Positions 29,416 to 37,320 of a DNA stretch of 64,000 nucleotides are shown here, in pieces (positions within the stretch are counted from its first letter, which is position 1; every line of letters starts with the position of its first letter). The position numbers and the translations under genes are program-made. Under the pieces are notes generated by a model, which saw only the letters and a list, made by a program, of their open reading frames with translations, did not search any database and was not told the DNA's origin. This stretch comes from an uncultured Gammaproteobacteria bacterium. GTDB taxonomy: Bacteria; Patescibacteriota; Microgenomatia; Levybacterales; UBA12049. The stretch spans positions 3,211-67,210 of the forward strand of contig CAZSQB010000001.1 of the NCBI GenBank assembly GCA_964608945.1. The letters run 5' to 3'.

Positions 29416-30930
29416 TCAATTTCTGCTTTTCATTTCAAAATGTATGGCAACAAGTAAAATATCTCCTGATTTGTAGAGTATGTTTGGATATTTTATTTTG
29501 AGATCATTAAGGGTTGCATAACTTTCACGGAGAAGTAAGTAGTCGAGATTATATTCTCTCGAGAGCTCGGAGATAGATTTCTTAAGGACTGGATAGATAT
29601 CCGCAATTTTCATAAGACCTGCGTTATCTGCATTGACAAGTACATAGGCTTTTGTATTGTAAACTGTCATTGTAGTTATCTGATGCGGAATACATAAAAT
29701 TCGGGGTCTGCCAGGGAGCTTATTGATAAACGCATACATTTTAGTAAGCTCTTTTGTAAGTGATCGATTTTTATCTTTTATTATACCTTTTATCTGTAGT
29801 GCCAAAATCATAGCGAGATTGCCTAAGAGAACAATTAAAAAAACTATCAATACCGGTAATCCCCATTTCTCATAGCTGTAGTAGAAAAAAATGGCTGAAA
29901 GTATACTAGCCGGAACAGACGCCATCTCAAGATAGCGCTGTCCTTCACCAATTGGGATAAGTCGTTTTATACGTAAAATAATAGATCCAATAATATAAAA
30001 AAATACTATCCATAAACTCATTTTAAAAAAGATACTATTCTGAGGAAAACCAGAGGTTTTATTATAAAATATGTATAGATAGATAAAGGCAGAAAGTATC
30101 CAGCAGTTCGTTATAATAATCATAAGCGGCGACAATGCTGAAAGCAGTGGATAAATTTTCGCTACCCAGTCTTGTTTTTTCGGTTTCACATTTCCATATA
30201 TTTGATGAGCAAATCTAAATTCATAATTTTTTACCCAGAAATAAATGTTATACAGATGACCTTTGGCTACCCGTAAATAAAATCCATTTGTAAATAATAC
30301 AGCAGATATAAACGCAAATAAAAATGTCAATATGTATATGAGTGATTTATCAACAAAAGTAAAAAAGATTGAAATAAATAGAAGTGATTGGAGAGCAAAA
30401 CGATGGACTAGAAAAAGCATCGTACTAAACAAAAATCCAGCGAAGAGATAACGAAGGTCATTATTAATATGAAACATCATAAGAGGATAAAATGCTAAAG
30501 TAAACATGAAATAGCCAAATGATCGAGGAGTAAGATAACTATTCTCAATAGGAATTATGGGAATTGAAGCATATATTAATTGCGAAACAAGAGATATCGT
30601 CACATTCCCCGTTAGTTGGAATGTTATAGCATAAACAAGAATATTTTGTAAAATATCGAAAAATGGAGAAACGAATCCTTGTACTGAAAGTAAAAATTTT
30701 TTTGAGAAAAAAGAAAACAGCCAAGGAAAGATTATCGGATAATCAAAATATCCCTGAATAATAAAACCCTTCTTAATTTTACCTGGTATTCTACGCTTTG
30801 CTTTTTTAACATGTTCAATCTCAAGGAGTCTTGTCCAAACATCGACACCGAAATACCGATTAAAAAAACGCGGGTACGACTGAAGAAAGAAGCTGAAAAG
30901 TGGAATGATAAGCGCTAAAAAATAATGCAT
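29416..30930 (-). CDS. Uncharacterised polytopic membrane protein. - strand member of the inverted paralog pair.
   Basis: QSYPRFFNRYFGVDVWTRLL...GYFDYPIIFPWLFSFF and ILCIPHQITTMTVYNTKAYVLVNADNAGLMKIADIYPVLKK. Colinear with 25102..26625. Confidence 0.6.
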   Translation of the reverse strand: MHYFLALIIPLFSFFLQSYPRFFNRYFGVDVWTRLLEIEHVKKAKRRIPGKIKKGFIIQGYFDYPIIFPWLFSFFSKKFLLSVQGFVSPFFDILQNILVYAITFQLTGNVTISLVSQLIYASIPIIPIENSYLTPRSFGYFMFTLAFYPLMMFHINNDLRYLFAGFLFSTMLFLVHRFALQSLLFISIFFTFVDKSLIYILTFLFAFISAVLFTNGFYLRVAKGHLYNIYFWVKNYEFRFAHQIYGNVKPKKQDWVAKIYPLLSALSPLMIIITNCWILSAFIYLYIFYNKTSGFPQNSIFFKMSLWIVFFYIIGSIILRIKRLIPIGEGQRYLEMASVPASILSAIFFYYSYEKWGLPVLIVFLIVLLGNLAMILALQIKGIIKDKNRSLTKELTKMYAFINKLPGRPRILCIPHQITTMTVYNTKAYVLVNADNAGLMKIADIYPVLKKSISELSREYNLDYLLLRESYATLNDLKIKYPNILYKSGDILLVAIHFEMKSRN

Positions 30931-31027
30931 GAGCTACATTTTATATTGATGAATTAAAAGTTATTATACAACAATTTTCTTGTGATATTGCCAAAAAAGA
31001 TTTTTTGCATTATCATGTTGAGAAATT

Positions 31028-31726
31028 ATGAATATACCAAAACCAATGTCATTTTCAGAGAAGGTTGATGTCACTGAGGCAAAAGGGGAACATAAGTTCT
31101 ACTATTCATTTACAAAAAATTATATAAAAGGTAAAAATGTTCTTAACATTGGATCATGGACAGGTCCATATGAATTACTCATTTATAACACTGCAGCATC
31201 TATTACTGCAACAGATATAGAGAAGAAAGCATTACGGGTACTCAAAAAAAAATTACCAAAAGTAAAAACTATTTATGCATTCTCACATAAGCTTCCCTTC
31301 AAGGATAATACATTTGATGTTGTAACGTTCTGGGACGTTATTGAACATATTCCTATTGGATATGAACTCACATCATTACAGGAAATTAATAGAGTCCTCA
31401 AAAAAAATGGATATTTTTTCCTCGCAACAGTAAGTAAGAATTTTTGGAGCGATTTATTAGATCCAGCATACTGGCTGGCAGGGCATAGGCATTATACAGA
31501 ACAACAATTACTTTCAATGCTTACTGATGCCGGGTTTCGAACTGAAAAATCGGTACAAGTCGGTTCTTTTTTTAGCTCTTTTTATGCTTTGAGCTTCTAC
31601 TTTTTTAAACATATTCTCAGAATGAAGATGCCAACAATACAGTATGTTGAGGAAAGAATGGAGAAAAATATCTCTTCACCAGGATATATACAAATCGCAA
31701 TTAGGGCAAAAAAAGTTTATAGATAA
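31028..31726 (+). CDS. Class I SAM-dependent methyltransferase (Methyltransf_11-like).
   Basis: VLNIGSWTGPYELLIYN (motif I-like)...FDVVTFWDVIEHIP...LKKNGYFFL. Confidence 0.65.
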   Translation: MNIPKPMSFSEKVDVTEAKGEHKFYYSFTKNYIKGKNVLNIGSWTGPYELLIYNTAASITATDIEKKALRVLKKKLPKVKTIYAFSHKLPFKDNTFDVVTFWDVIEHIPIGYELTSLQEINRVLKKNGYFFLATVSKNFWSDLLDPAYWLAGHRHYTEQQLLSMLTDAGFRTEKSVQVGSFFSSFYALSFYFFKHILRMKMPTIQYVEERMEKNISSPGYIQIAIRAKKVYR

Positions 31727-32844
31727 ACAGCTTCCTTTACTTTTTTTGTAATATAATTTACTTCTTTATTGGTAAGTTTTGAGTAGAGAGGCAGTGATAT
31801 TTCTCTTCTTCCAATATCCTCTGCAACTGGAAACTGCCCTTCTTTCGTGCCATATTGGGTGCGATAAAATGAAAATAGGTGAATCGCTGGGTAATTGATA
31901 ACTGCTCCCACACCTTTTTCTTTTAAATAATCAAGAATTGTATCTCGTTTTTTAGGATCAACCCAAATCGGGAAAATATGTCTACCATGCTTTGATTCTT
32001 TATATTCATGAGGAAGTGTTATACGATCCACGTTCTCAAATGCTTTCCTGTATCTTTGCGCTATCAATTCCCGTTTCTTCCAAAATTTCTCTGCTTTTTT
32101 AACTTGGTGGAGAAGTAGTGCAGCCTGAAGATTATCCATATTATATTTCCATCCTAGAACATCAACATCGTATCCTCTTAACCCGGTTCTCACTCTCTGG
32201 GCCAATTCACTCGTAATACCATGAGAGCGAAATTTCTTTATTAACTTAGCTATTTCTTGGGAGTTTGTTGTAAATGCTCCTCCTTCTGCAGAAGTAATAC
32301 TTTTCGTGGCATAGAAACTGAAACAGGAGCCAAATGACCTTTGGCCTGGTTTTATTCCATCACGCTTTGCTTCAAGTGCATGAGCAGCATCTTCTATTAC
32401 TACAAGGTTATGTTTCTTTGCAATTGAGAGGATCTTTTTCATATCGACCATCTGACCGTACAGATGGACAGGAAGAATTGCTTTTGTTCGTTTTGTTATT
32501 GCTTTTTCAATAAGATCAGGGTCAATATTTCCCGTTTTTTCTTCTACATCGACAAATACTGGTGTTGCCCCTGTCATAACAATTGCATTTGCTGTTGCGA
32601 CAAAGGACATTGGTGTCGTTATGACCTCATCACCTCTTCCAACTCCAGCTGCAAGGAGCGCTAAGTGAAGTGCCGCTGTGCAACTTGTTAGTCCAACTGT
32701 ATATTTTGTCTCTAAATACTTCGCAAAAGCATTTTCGAATTCATCAACGTATTTTCCCGTTGTAAGAAAAAGGGAGCGCAGTACCTTTACAGCCTCGTTA
32801 ATTTCTTGAGAACCGATATTATGTTTGTAAAATTCTACCTTCAT
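31717..32844 (-). CDS. DegT/DnrJ/EryC1-family PLP-dependent sugar aminotransferase (WecE/ArnB-like).
   Basis: GDEVITTPMSFVATANAI...AILPVHLYGQMVDM...FSFYATKSITSAEGG. The conserved Schiff-base Lys is present in the SxxK-type motif. Confidence 0.85.
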   Translation of the reverse strand: MKVEFYKHNIGSQEINEAVKVLRSLFLTTGKYVDEFENAFAKYLETKYTVGLTSCTAALHLALLAAGVGRGDEVITTPMSFVATANAIVMTGATPVFVDVEEKTGNIDPDLIEKAITKRTKAILPVHLYGQMVDMKKILSIAKKHNLVVIEDAAHALEAKRDGIKPGQRSFGSCFSFYATKSITSAEGGAFTTNSQEIAKLIKKFRSHGITSELAQRVRTGLRGYDVDVLGWKYNMDNLQAALLLHQVKKAEKFWKKRELIAQRYRKAFENVDRITLPHEYKESKHGRHIFPIWVDPKKRDTILDYLKEKGVGAVINYPAIHLFSFYRTQYGTKEGQFPVAEDIGRREISLPLYSKLTNKEVNYITKKVKEAVYL

Positions 32845-32848
32845 ATTG

Positions 32849-33919
32849 TTAATGATATTCTATTGTCCCATCGTGTAATTGGATTGGAACTTTTCTAAGC
32901 CATGTTTGTTGTTCCCACACATTTTGATTATTTCTATACCATTTGATAGCCTCTTTGAGGCCTTTACTAAAGCTCTTTTTGGGCTCCCAGTTTAACAGCT
33001 TTTTAATTTTTCTATAATCACATGCAAATGTCGATACCTGGCCTGGTCTTTCTTTCACGAATTTAATTTGTGATACTGGTATCTTCATATATTTTGCTAT
33101 TTTTTTTGCGATGTCTAAGATTGAGATTGCCTTTCCTGATCCAACATTAAATACTTCACCTTTTATTTTAGATAATGGCGCGTGCATAATCAAGTCAATT
33201 GCATAGGCAACATCGCTTACGTGCATATAATCTCTTTCTGATTTTCCGCTTCCATGGACAGTTAATGGCTCGTTGAGAAGCGCACTAGTTATAAATCGTG
33301 GTACAGCCTTTTCTAAATGTTGACGAGGTCCATAAATATTAAAAGGTCGAACAATCGTTGCAGGAATATCATATGTTACAAAATAGGAATAGACAAGACG
33401 ATCTGCCCCTGCTTTTGCTGCGGCATAAGGGCTATGTGGATTAAGTTGATGTTTTTCATTCATTCTTTTTGTGAGACCTGCTCCATATACTTCACATGTT
33501 GAAATATGAATTAGTCGTTCTACGTTTTTTTTATGATGGTATATGGCGTTCACAATAGATTGTGTTCCCAAGACATCGGTTTCAAAAAACTTTACGTTAT
33601 CGTAGATGGAACGTGTTACATGTGTTTCTGCTGCAAAATGGATAACAATGTCAGATTTCTCCACAAGGTCATCAACTACAGAAACGTTGCGAATATCGCC
33701 ATACTCGAAGCGAAATCGAGAACTTTTTCGCATCTCTTGAGAAAAGTTCTTCAAATTTCCCGCATAAGTTAATGCATCAAGAACGATAAAAGAATAATTA
33801 GGGTAAGTGGTGAAGAGATATTCAAGGACATTACTTCCAACAAAACCAGCCGCTCCAGTTATTAGAATTTTTTTCGTTTTTCTATCTCTTTTTGTTATAT
33901 TTTTATTTTCTTTAGCCAC
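32849..33919 (-). CDS. NDP-sugar 4,6-dehydratase, RmlB-like (dTDP-glucose 4,6-dehydratase family).
   Basis: ILITGAAGFVGSNVLEYL...LDALTYAGNLKN...HFAAETHVTRS...ISTCEVYG...YAAAKAGADRLV. Cys replaces the usual Asp in the STDEVYG motif, so substrate assignment is tentative. Confidence 0.75.
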   Translation of the reverse strand: MAKENKNITKRDRKTKKILITGAAGFVGSNVLEYLFTTYPNYSFIVLDALTYAGNLKNFSQEMRKSSRFRFEYGDIRNVSVVDDLVEKSDIVIHFAAETHVTRSIYDNVKFFETDVLGTQSIVNAIYHHKKNVERLIHISTCEVYGAGLTKRMNEKHQLNPHSPYAAAKAGADRLVYSYFVTYDIPATIVRPFNIYGPRQHLEKAVPRFITSALLNEPLTVHGSGKSERDYMHVSDVAYAIDLIMHAPLSKIKGEVFNVGSGKAISILDIAKKIAKYMKIPVSQIKFVKERPGQVSTFACDYRKIKKLLNWEPKKSFSKGLKEAIKWYRNNQNVWEQQTWLRKVPIQLHDGTIEYH

Positions 33920-34024
33920 ATGTACAATTAAAAATGTCTCAATTAATGTATTTATACACTAGTTTTTTTTATTTAGCAATAGGGAGGAAAAGCAATTTCT
34001 ATAGTTGAAGATTCAGTCTTCTTA
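33920..34024. promoter_or_regulatory. Divergent intergenic region between the RmlB-like gene (-) and the RfbF-like gene (+). Presumed to hold divergent promoters.
   Basis: 105-nt AT-rich spacer separating oppositely oriented genes. Contains TTTATACACT and TATAGTT -10-like hexamers. No experimental evidence. Confidence 0.3.
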
Positions 34025-34813
34025 ATGTATAGTTATACCATGAAAATGCCAGTAGTAATTTTTTGCGGGGGGACAGGGACGAGGATGAAGGAAGAGACAG
34101 AATTTCGGCCCAAACCCATGGTATCCTTGGGTGGTAAACCAATCCTTTGGCATATAATGAAAATATATAGCCACTTTGGACTTAACGAATTTATTATTGC
34201 CTTAGGATATAAAGGTGATTACATCAAAAATTACTTTCTCGATCAAGATTATTTTCAACACGATTTTTTTATTAACACAAAAACAGGAAAAAAACTTTTA
34301 TATAGAAAAAGTAGGCGTAGACACGACGATTTTAAAATCACGTTTGTTGATACGGGAGCGGAAACTCCAACTGGAGACAGACTCGTAAAAGTCAAAAAAT
34401 ATATAAAGGGAGAAAAATTTATGGTGACCTACGGAGACGGAGTTTCGGATGTTGATATAAAAAAAATTTTAGATTTTTTCGAAGAAAAAAAAGTGACAGG
34501 TGTTATAACAGGAGTTCACCCTAAATCAAAGTGGGGACTTATTATTTCAGGGAAAGACGGAATAGTAAAAAGATTTCAAGAAAAACCAAGATTTAATCAA
34601 TATGTGAATGGCGGGTTTATGGTGTTTACAAAGAAAATTTTCGAGTATTTAAGACCTGGGGACATGATCCATGATGCTTTTCCAAGACTAAGCCACGACC
34701 GTCAGCTTGCCGTTTACATTCACGAAGGATTTTGGGCTGCAATGGATACTTATCAAGATATGGAAGAATTAAATAAGCAGTGGAAAAAAGACCCCAAATG
34801 GAAGGTATGGTAA
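34025..34813 (+). CDS. Glucose-1-phosphate cytidylyltransferase-like sugar nucleotidyltransferase (RfbF/DdhA-type).
   Basis: VVIFCGGTGTRMKEETEFRPKPMVSLGGKPILWHIMKIYSHFGLNEFIIALGYKGDYIKNYF closely follows the RfbF N-terminal signature. The start may be the internal Met at 34040. Confidence 0.8.
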   Translation: MYSYTMKMPVVIFCGGTGTRMKEETEFRPKPMVSLGGKPILWHIMKIYSHFGLNEFIIALGYKGDYIKNYFLDQDYFQHDFFINTKTGKKLLYRKSRRRHDDFKITFVDTGAETPTGDRLVKVKKYIKGEKFMVTYGDGVSDVDIKKILDFFEEKKVTGVITGVHPKSKWGLIISGKDGIVKRFQEKPRFNQYVNGGFMVFTKKIFEYLRPGDMIHDAFPRLSHDRQLAVYIHEGFWAAMDTYQDMEELNKQWKKDPKWKVW

Positions 34814-34850
34814 CTATAATTTTCAATTTTCAATTTGAAATAAAACTTAA

Positions 34851-35909
34851 ATGTTTAAAACTAAAAATTTAACAATGAAGGTTTTAGTTACTGGCGATAG
34901 AGGCTATATAGGTTCGGTACTTGTTCCGTTATTGCTTAAGAAAAAATACCAAGTTGTCGGGCTTGATTCTGACTTCTTTAAGAATAATCTTGCATTTAGG
35001 GTCCCTGAACCTAAATATAAAAAAATCACAAAAGATATTCGAGATATTAAAGAAAAAGACTTGGAAGGAATTGAAGCTATAATTCATCTTTGTGCTCTTT
35101 CAAACGATCCAATGGGAGAGATTGATCCTGCTCTAACAGAGGAAATAAATTTCAAGTTGAGTATAAAATTGGCAAAACTTGCTAAAAAGCTTGGTGTCAA
35201 AAGATTTTTATTTTCCTCCTCATGTAGTATTTATGGTATTGCAAAAAAAGATTTCGTTGATGAGCAATCTGAGGTAAATCCGCTAACAGCCTATGCAAAA
35301 TCAAAAATTGACACAGAGAAAGAACTCTTAAAGCTTTCTGATAAAAACTTTTGCGTAGGAATTTTGAGAAATTCAACTATATATGGATTTTCTCCAAATT
35401 TTAGAAGTGATTTAGTAGTTAACAACCTTGTTTGTTCTGCTCTTGCATATGAGCGAATTAGCATTATGAGCGATGGCAGTCCATGGAGACCGTTTATTGA
35501 TGTAAGAGATCTTGCTGGGATATTCATTGAGTTTGTAGAAGCCCCTAAAAAGCTCATTAACGGTAAAATAATTAATATTGGTTTTTCAGAAAACAATTTT
35601 CAAGTAAAAGATATTATTTCCACAGTTCAAAAATATGTGCCAAACTGCGAGGTAGTTTATACAGGAGAACACGGAAAAGACACGAGAAGTTACAGGGTTA
35701 ATTTTGCCAAATTTAAATCACTTTTCCCAAAAACCAAGCAAGAATGGAGCCTGGATAAGTCTGTTAAAGACATGGTGGAAAATCTTAAGATGTTAAAGTT
35801 TTCAAAAAAAGATTTTGAGTCGGGGAATTTCACAAGACTAACAATCCTTAAAAACTTAATGTCAAAAAATTTGATAAACTCAAAGTTGTTTTGGATTAAG
35901 ACTAAATAA
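34851..35909 (+). CDS. NAD-dependent epimerase/dehydratase (extended SDR). Candidate CDP-sugar 4,6-dehydratase or epimerase/reductase.
   Basis: MKVLVTGDRGYIGSVLV Rossmann motif, YAKSKIDTEK (YxxxK). An alternative start exists at 34875. Confidence 0.7.
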   Translation: MFKTKNLTMKVLVTGDRGYIGSVLVPLLLKKKYQVVGLDSDFFKNNLAFRVPEPKYKKITKDIRDIKEKDLEGIEAIIHLCALSNDPMGEIDPALTEEINFKLSIKLAKLAKKLGVKRFLFSSSCSIYGIAKKDFVDEQSEVNPLTAYAKSKIDTEKELLKLSDKNFCVGILRNSTIYGFSPNFRSDLVVNNLVCSALAYERISIMSDGSPWRPFIDVRDLAGIFIEFVEAPKKLINGKIINIGFSENNFQVKDIISTVQKYVPNCEVVYTGEHGKDTRSYRVNFAKFKSLFPKTKQEWSLDKSVKDMVENLKMLKFSKKDFESGNFTRLTILKNLMSKNLINSKLFWIKTK

Positions 35910-35914
35910 TTGAC

Positions 35915-36451
35915 ATGAAATATAAACAGACAAAAATTAAAGGAGTATATATTATTACAATTGAACCTAGGGAAGATTCAAGAGGTTACTTCTCTCGGGT
36001 ATTTGCAAAAGAAGAACTTAAAAAGCAAGGTATACCGTACTCTATTGTTCATATTAACAGATCCTTAACGCATGCAAAGGGAACGATTAGGGGAATTCAT
36101 TACCAAACAAAACCTTACCAAGAAGACAAAATAATACAATGTCTTTCGGGCAGGGTTCTTGATGTAGCGGTAGATATCAGGAGGACGTCTCCTACTTTTG
36201 GAAAATGGGTAGGAATTGAGCTTTCGGGAACAAATAAGAAAATGATTCTTATTCCTCGCGGTTGCGCACATGGATTTCAGACGCTTGAAAAAGATTGTCT
36301 TATTGAGTATTTTGTTTCAGAGTATTATGCGCCGGAATATGAAAGAGGAATTCACTGGAAAGATCCATTTTTTAAAATAAAATGGCCAATAAAAAAGGCA
36401 ATTCTTTCAGAAAAAGATCAAAATTGGCCAGATTTTCACCCTGTTAAATAA
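35915..36451 (+). CDS. rmlC: dTDP-4-dehydrorhamnose 3,5-epimerase-like cupin.
   Basis: 178 aa. IKGVYIITIEPREDSRGYFSRVF...GIHYQ...QCLSGRVLDVAVDIRRTSPTFGKW matches the RmlC fold motifs. Confidence 0.8.
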   Translation: MKYKQTKIKGVYIITIEPREDSRGYFSRVFAKEELKKQGIPYSIVHINRSLTHAKGTIRGIHYQTKPYQEDKIIQCLSGRVLDVAVDIRRTSPTFGKWVGIELSGTNKKMILIPRGCAHGFQTLEKDCLIEYFVSEYYAPEYERGIHWKDPFFKIKWPIKKAILSEKDQNWPDFHPVK

Positions 36452-37320
36452 TGAAAATTTTACTTATTGGAAAAAACGGACAACTTGGAGCAGAAATTAA
36501 TAAACAATCAGTTGAAAGAGGATATAGTATTCGTTCTTTCGGACATGAAAGACTTGATATTACAGATAATGAGAAAGTCAAATTAGAAATAGATAAATTC
36601 AAACCGGATGTGATTATTAACGCCTCTGCATTTCATGTTGTCCCGGAGTGTGAAGATAAACCAGACCAAGCTTTTTTAGTAAATGCAACCGCACTTAAAC
36701 CGGTTGCACAAATTTGTTCAGAGCAAAATATAAGATTTGTGCATTTTTCAACTGATTACGTTTTTGACGGACTAACAGGATCGCAATATCTTGAGGAAGA
36801 TAAGCCCAGTCCCGTACAAATGTATGGTATATCAAAAGTAGCGGGAGAATACATTATGCTTGCCTACTCTCAAACAAGCGTTGTAATAAGAAGCTCTGGA
36901 GTTTATGGAGGGGAAAAAGGAAGCAGGTCAAAAAAAGGAAATTTTGCTCTCAATATATTGAAACAAGCAGAAAAAGAGAATGTGATTGAAGTGGCATCAG
37001 AACAGATTGTTAATCCAACTTATGCGTTGGATTTGGCAAAAGCGACATTTGATCTTTTAGAGAGTAAAGACACCAGTGGTATTTACCATTTGGTTAATGA
37101 GGGCTATTGTTCTTGGGCGGATTTTGCGAAGGAAATTATTAAAATTAAAAATATGTCAACAAAAATCATTCCTGTTGATAGAGGAGGATTGGCAGGAACA
37201 CTGCGAAGACCGCTTTTTTCAGCGCTTAAAAACAATCGAGCGGCAAAACTCGGAATTAAACTCCCGATATGGCAAGACGCAATTAAAAGATACTGTCAGA
37301 CCATTAGTAAAGATGAATAA
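36451..37320 (+). CDS. rmlD: dTDP-4-dehydrorhamnose reductase.
   Basis: MKILLIGKNGQLGAE...PDVIINASAF...HFSTDYVFDG...YGISKVAGE. The start overlaps the rmlC stop (ATGA). Confidence 0.8.
   Translation: MKILLIGKNGQLGAEINKQSVERGYSIRSFGHERLDITDNEKVKLEIDKFKPDVIINASAFHVVPECEDKPDQAFLVNATALKPVAQICSEQNIRFVHFSTDYVFDGLTGSQYLEEDKPSPVQMYGISKVAGEYIMLAYSQTSVVIRSSGVYGGEKGSRSKKGNFALNILKQAEKENVIEVASEQIVNPTYALDLAKATFDLLESKDTSGIYHLVNEGYCSWADFAKEIIKIKNMSTKIIPVDRGGLAGTLRRPLFSALKNNRAAKLGIKLPIWQDAIKRYCQTISKDE

Noticed and set aside
30931-31027. Specific sigma70 -35/-10 promoter assignment in the divergent gap between 29416..30930 (-) and the methyltransferase (+).
   Set aside because: Several TATAAT-like hexamers occur by chance in AT-rich DNA, and spacing to TTGACA-like motifs is poor. 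Only a generic 'divergent promoter region' statement is justified.
37076-37312. ORF-track start of the giant membrane protein at 37076, giving a 987-aa protein overlapping rmlD by 245 nt.
   Set aside because: The upstream portion is simply the rmlD reading region in another frame without a stop. An ATG at 37313 that overlaps the rmlD stop (ATGAATAA) gives a sensible coupled start, and the paralog B begins at the equivalent residue.
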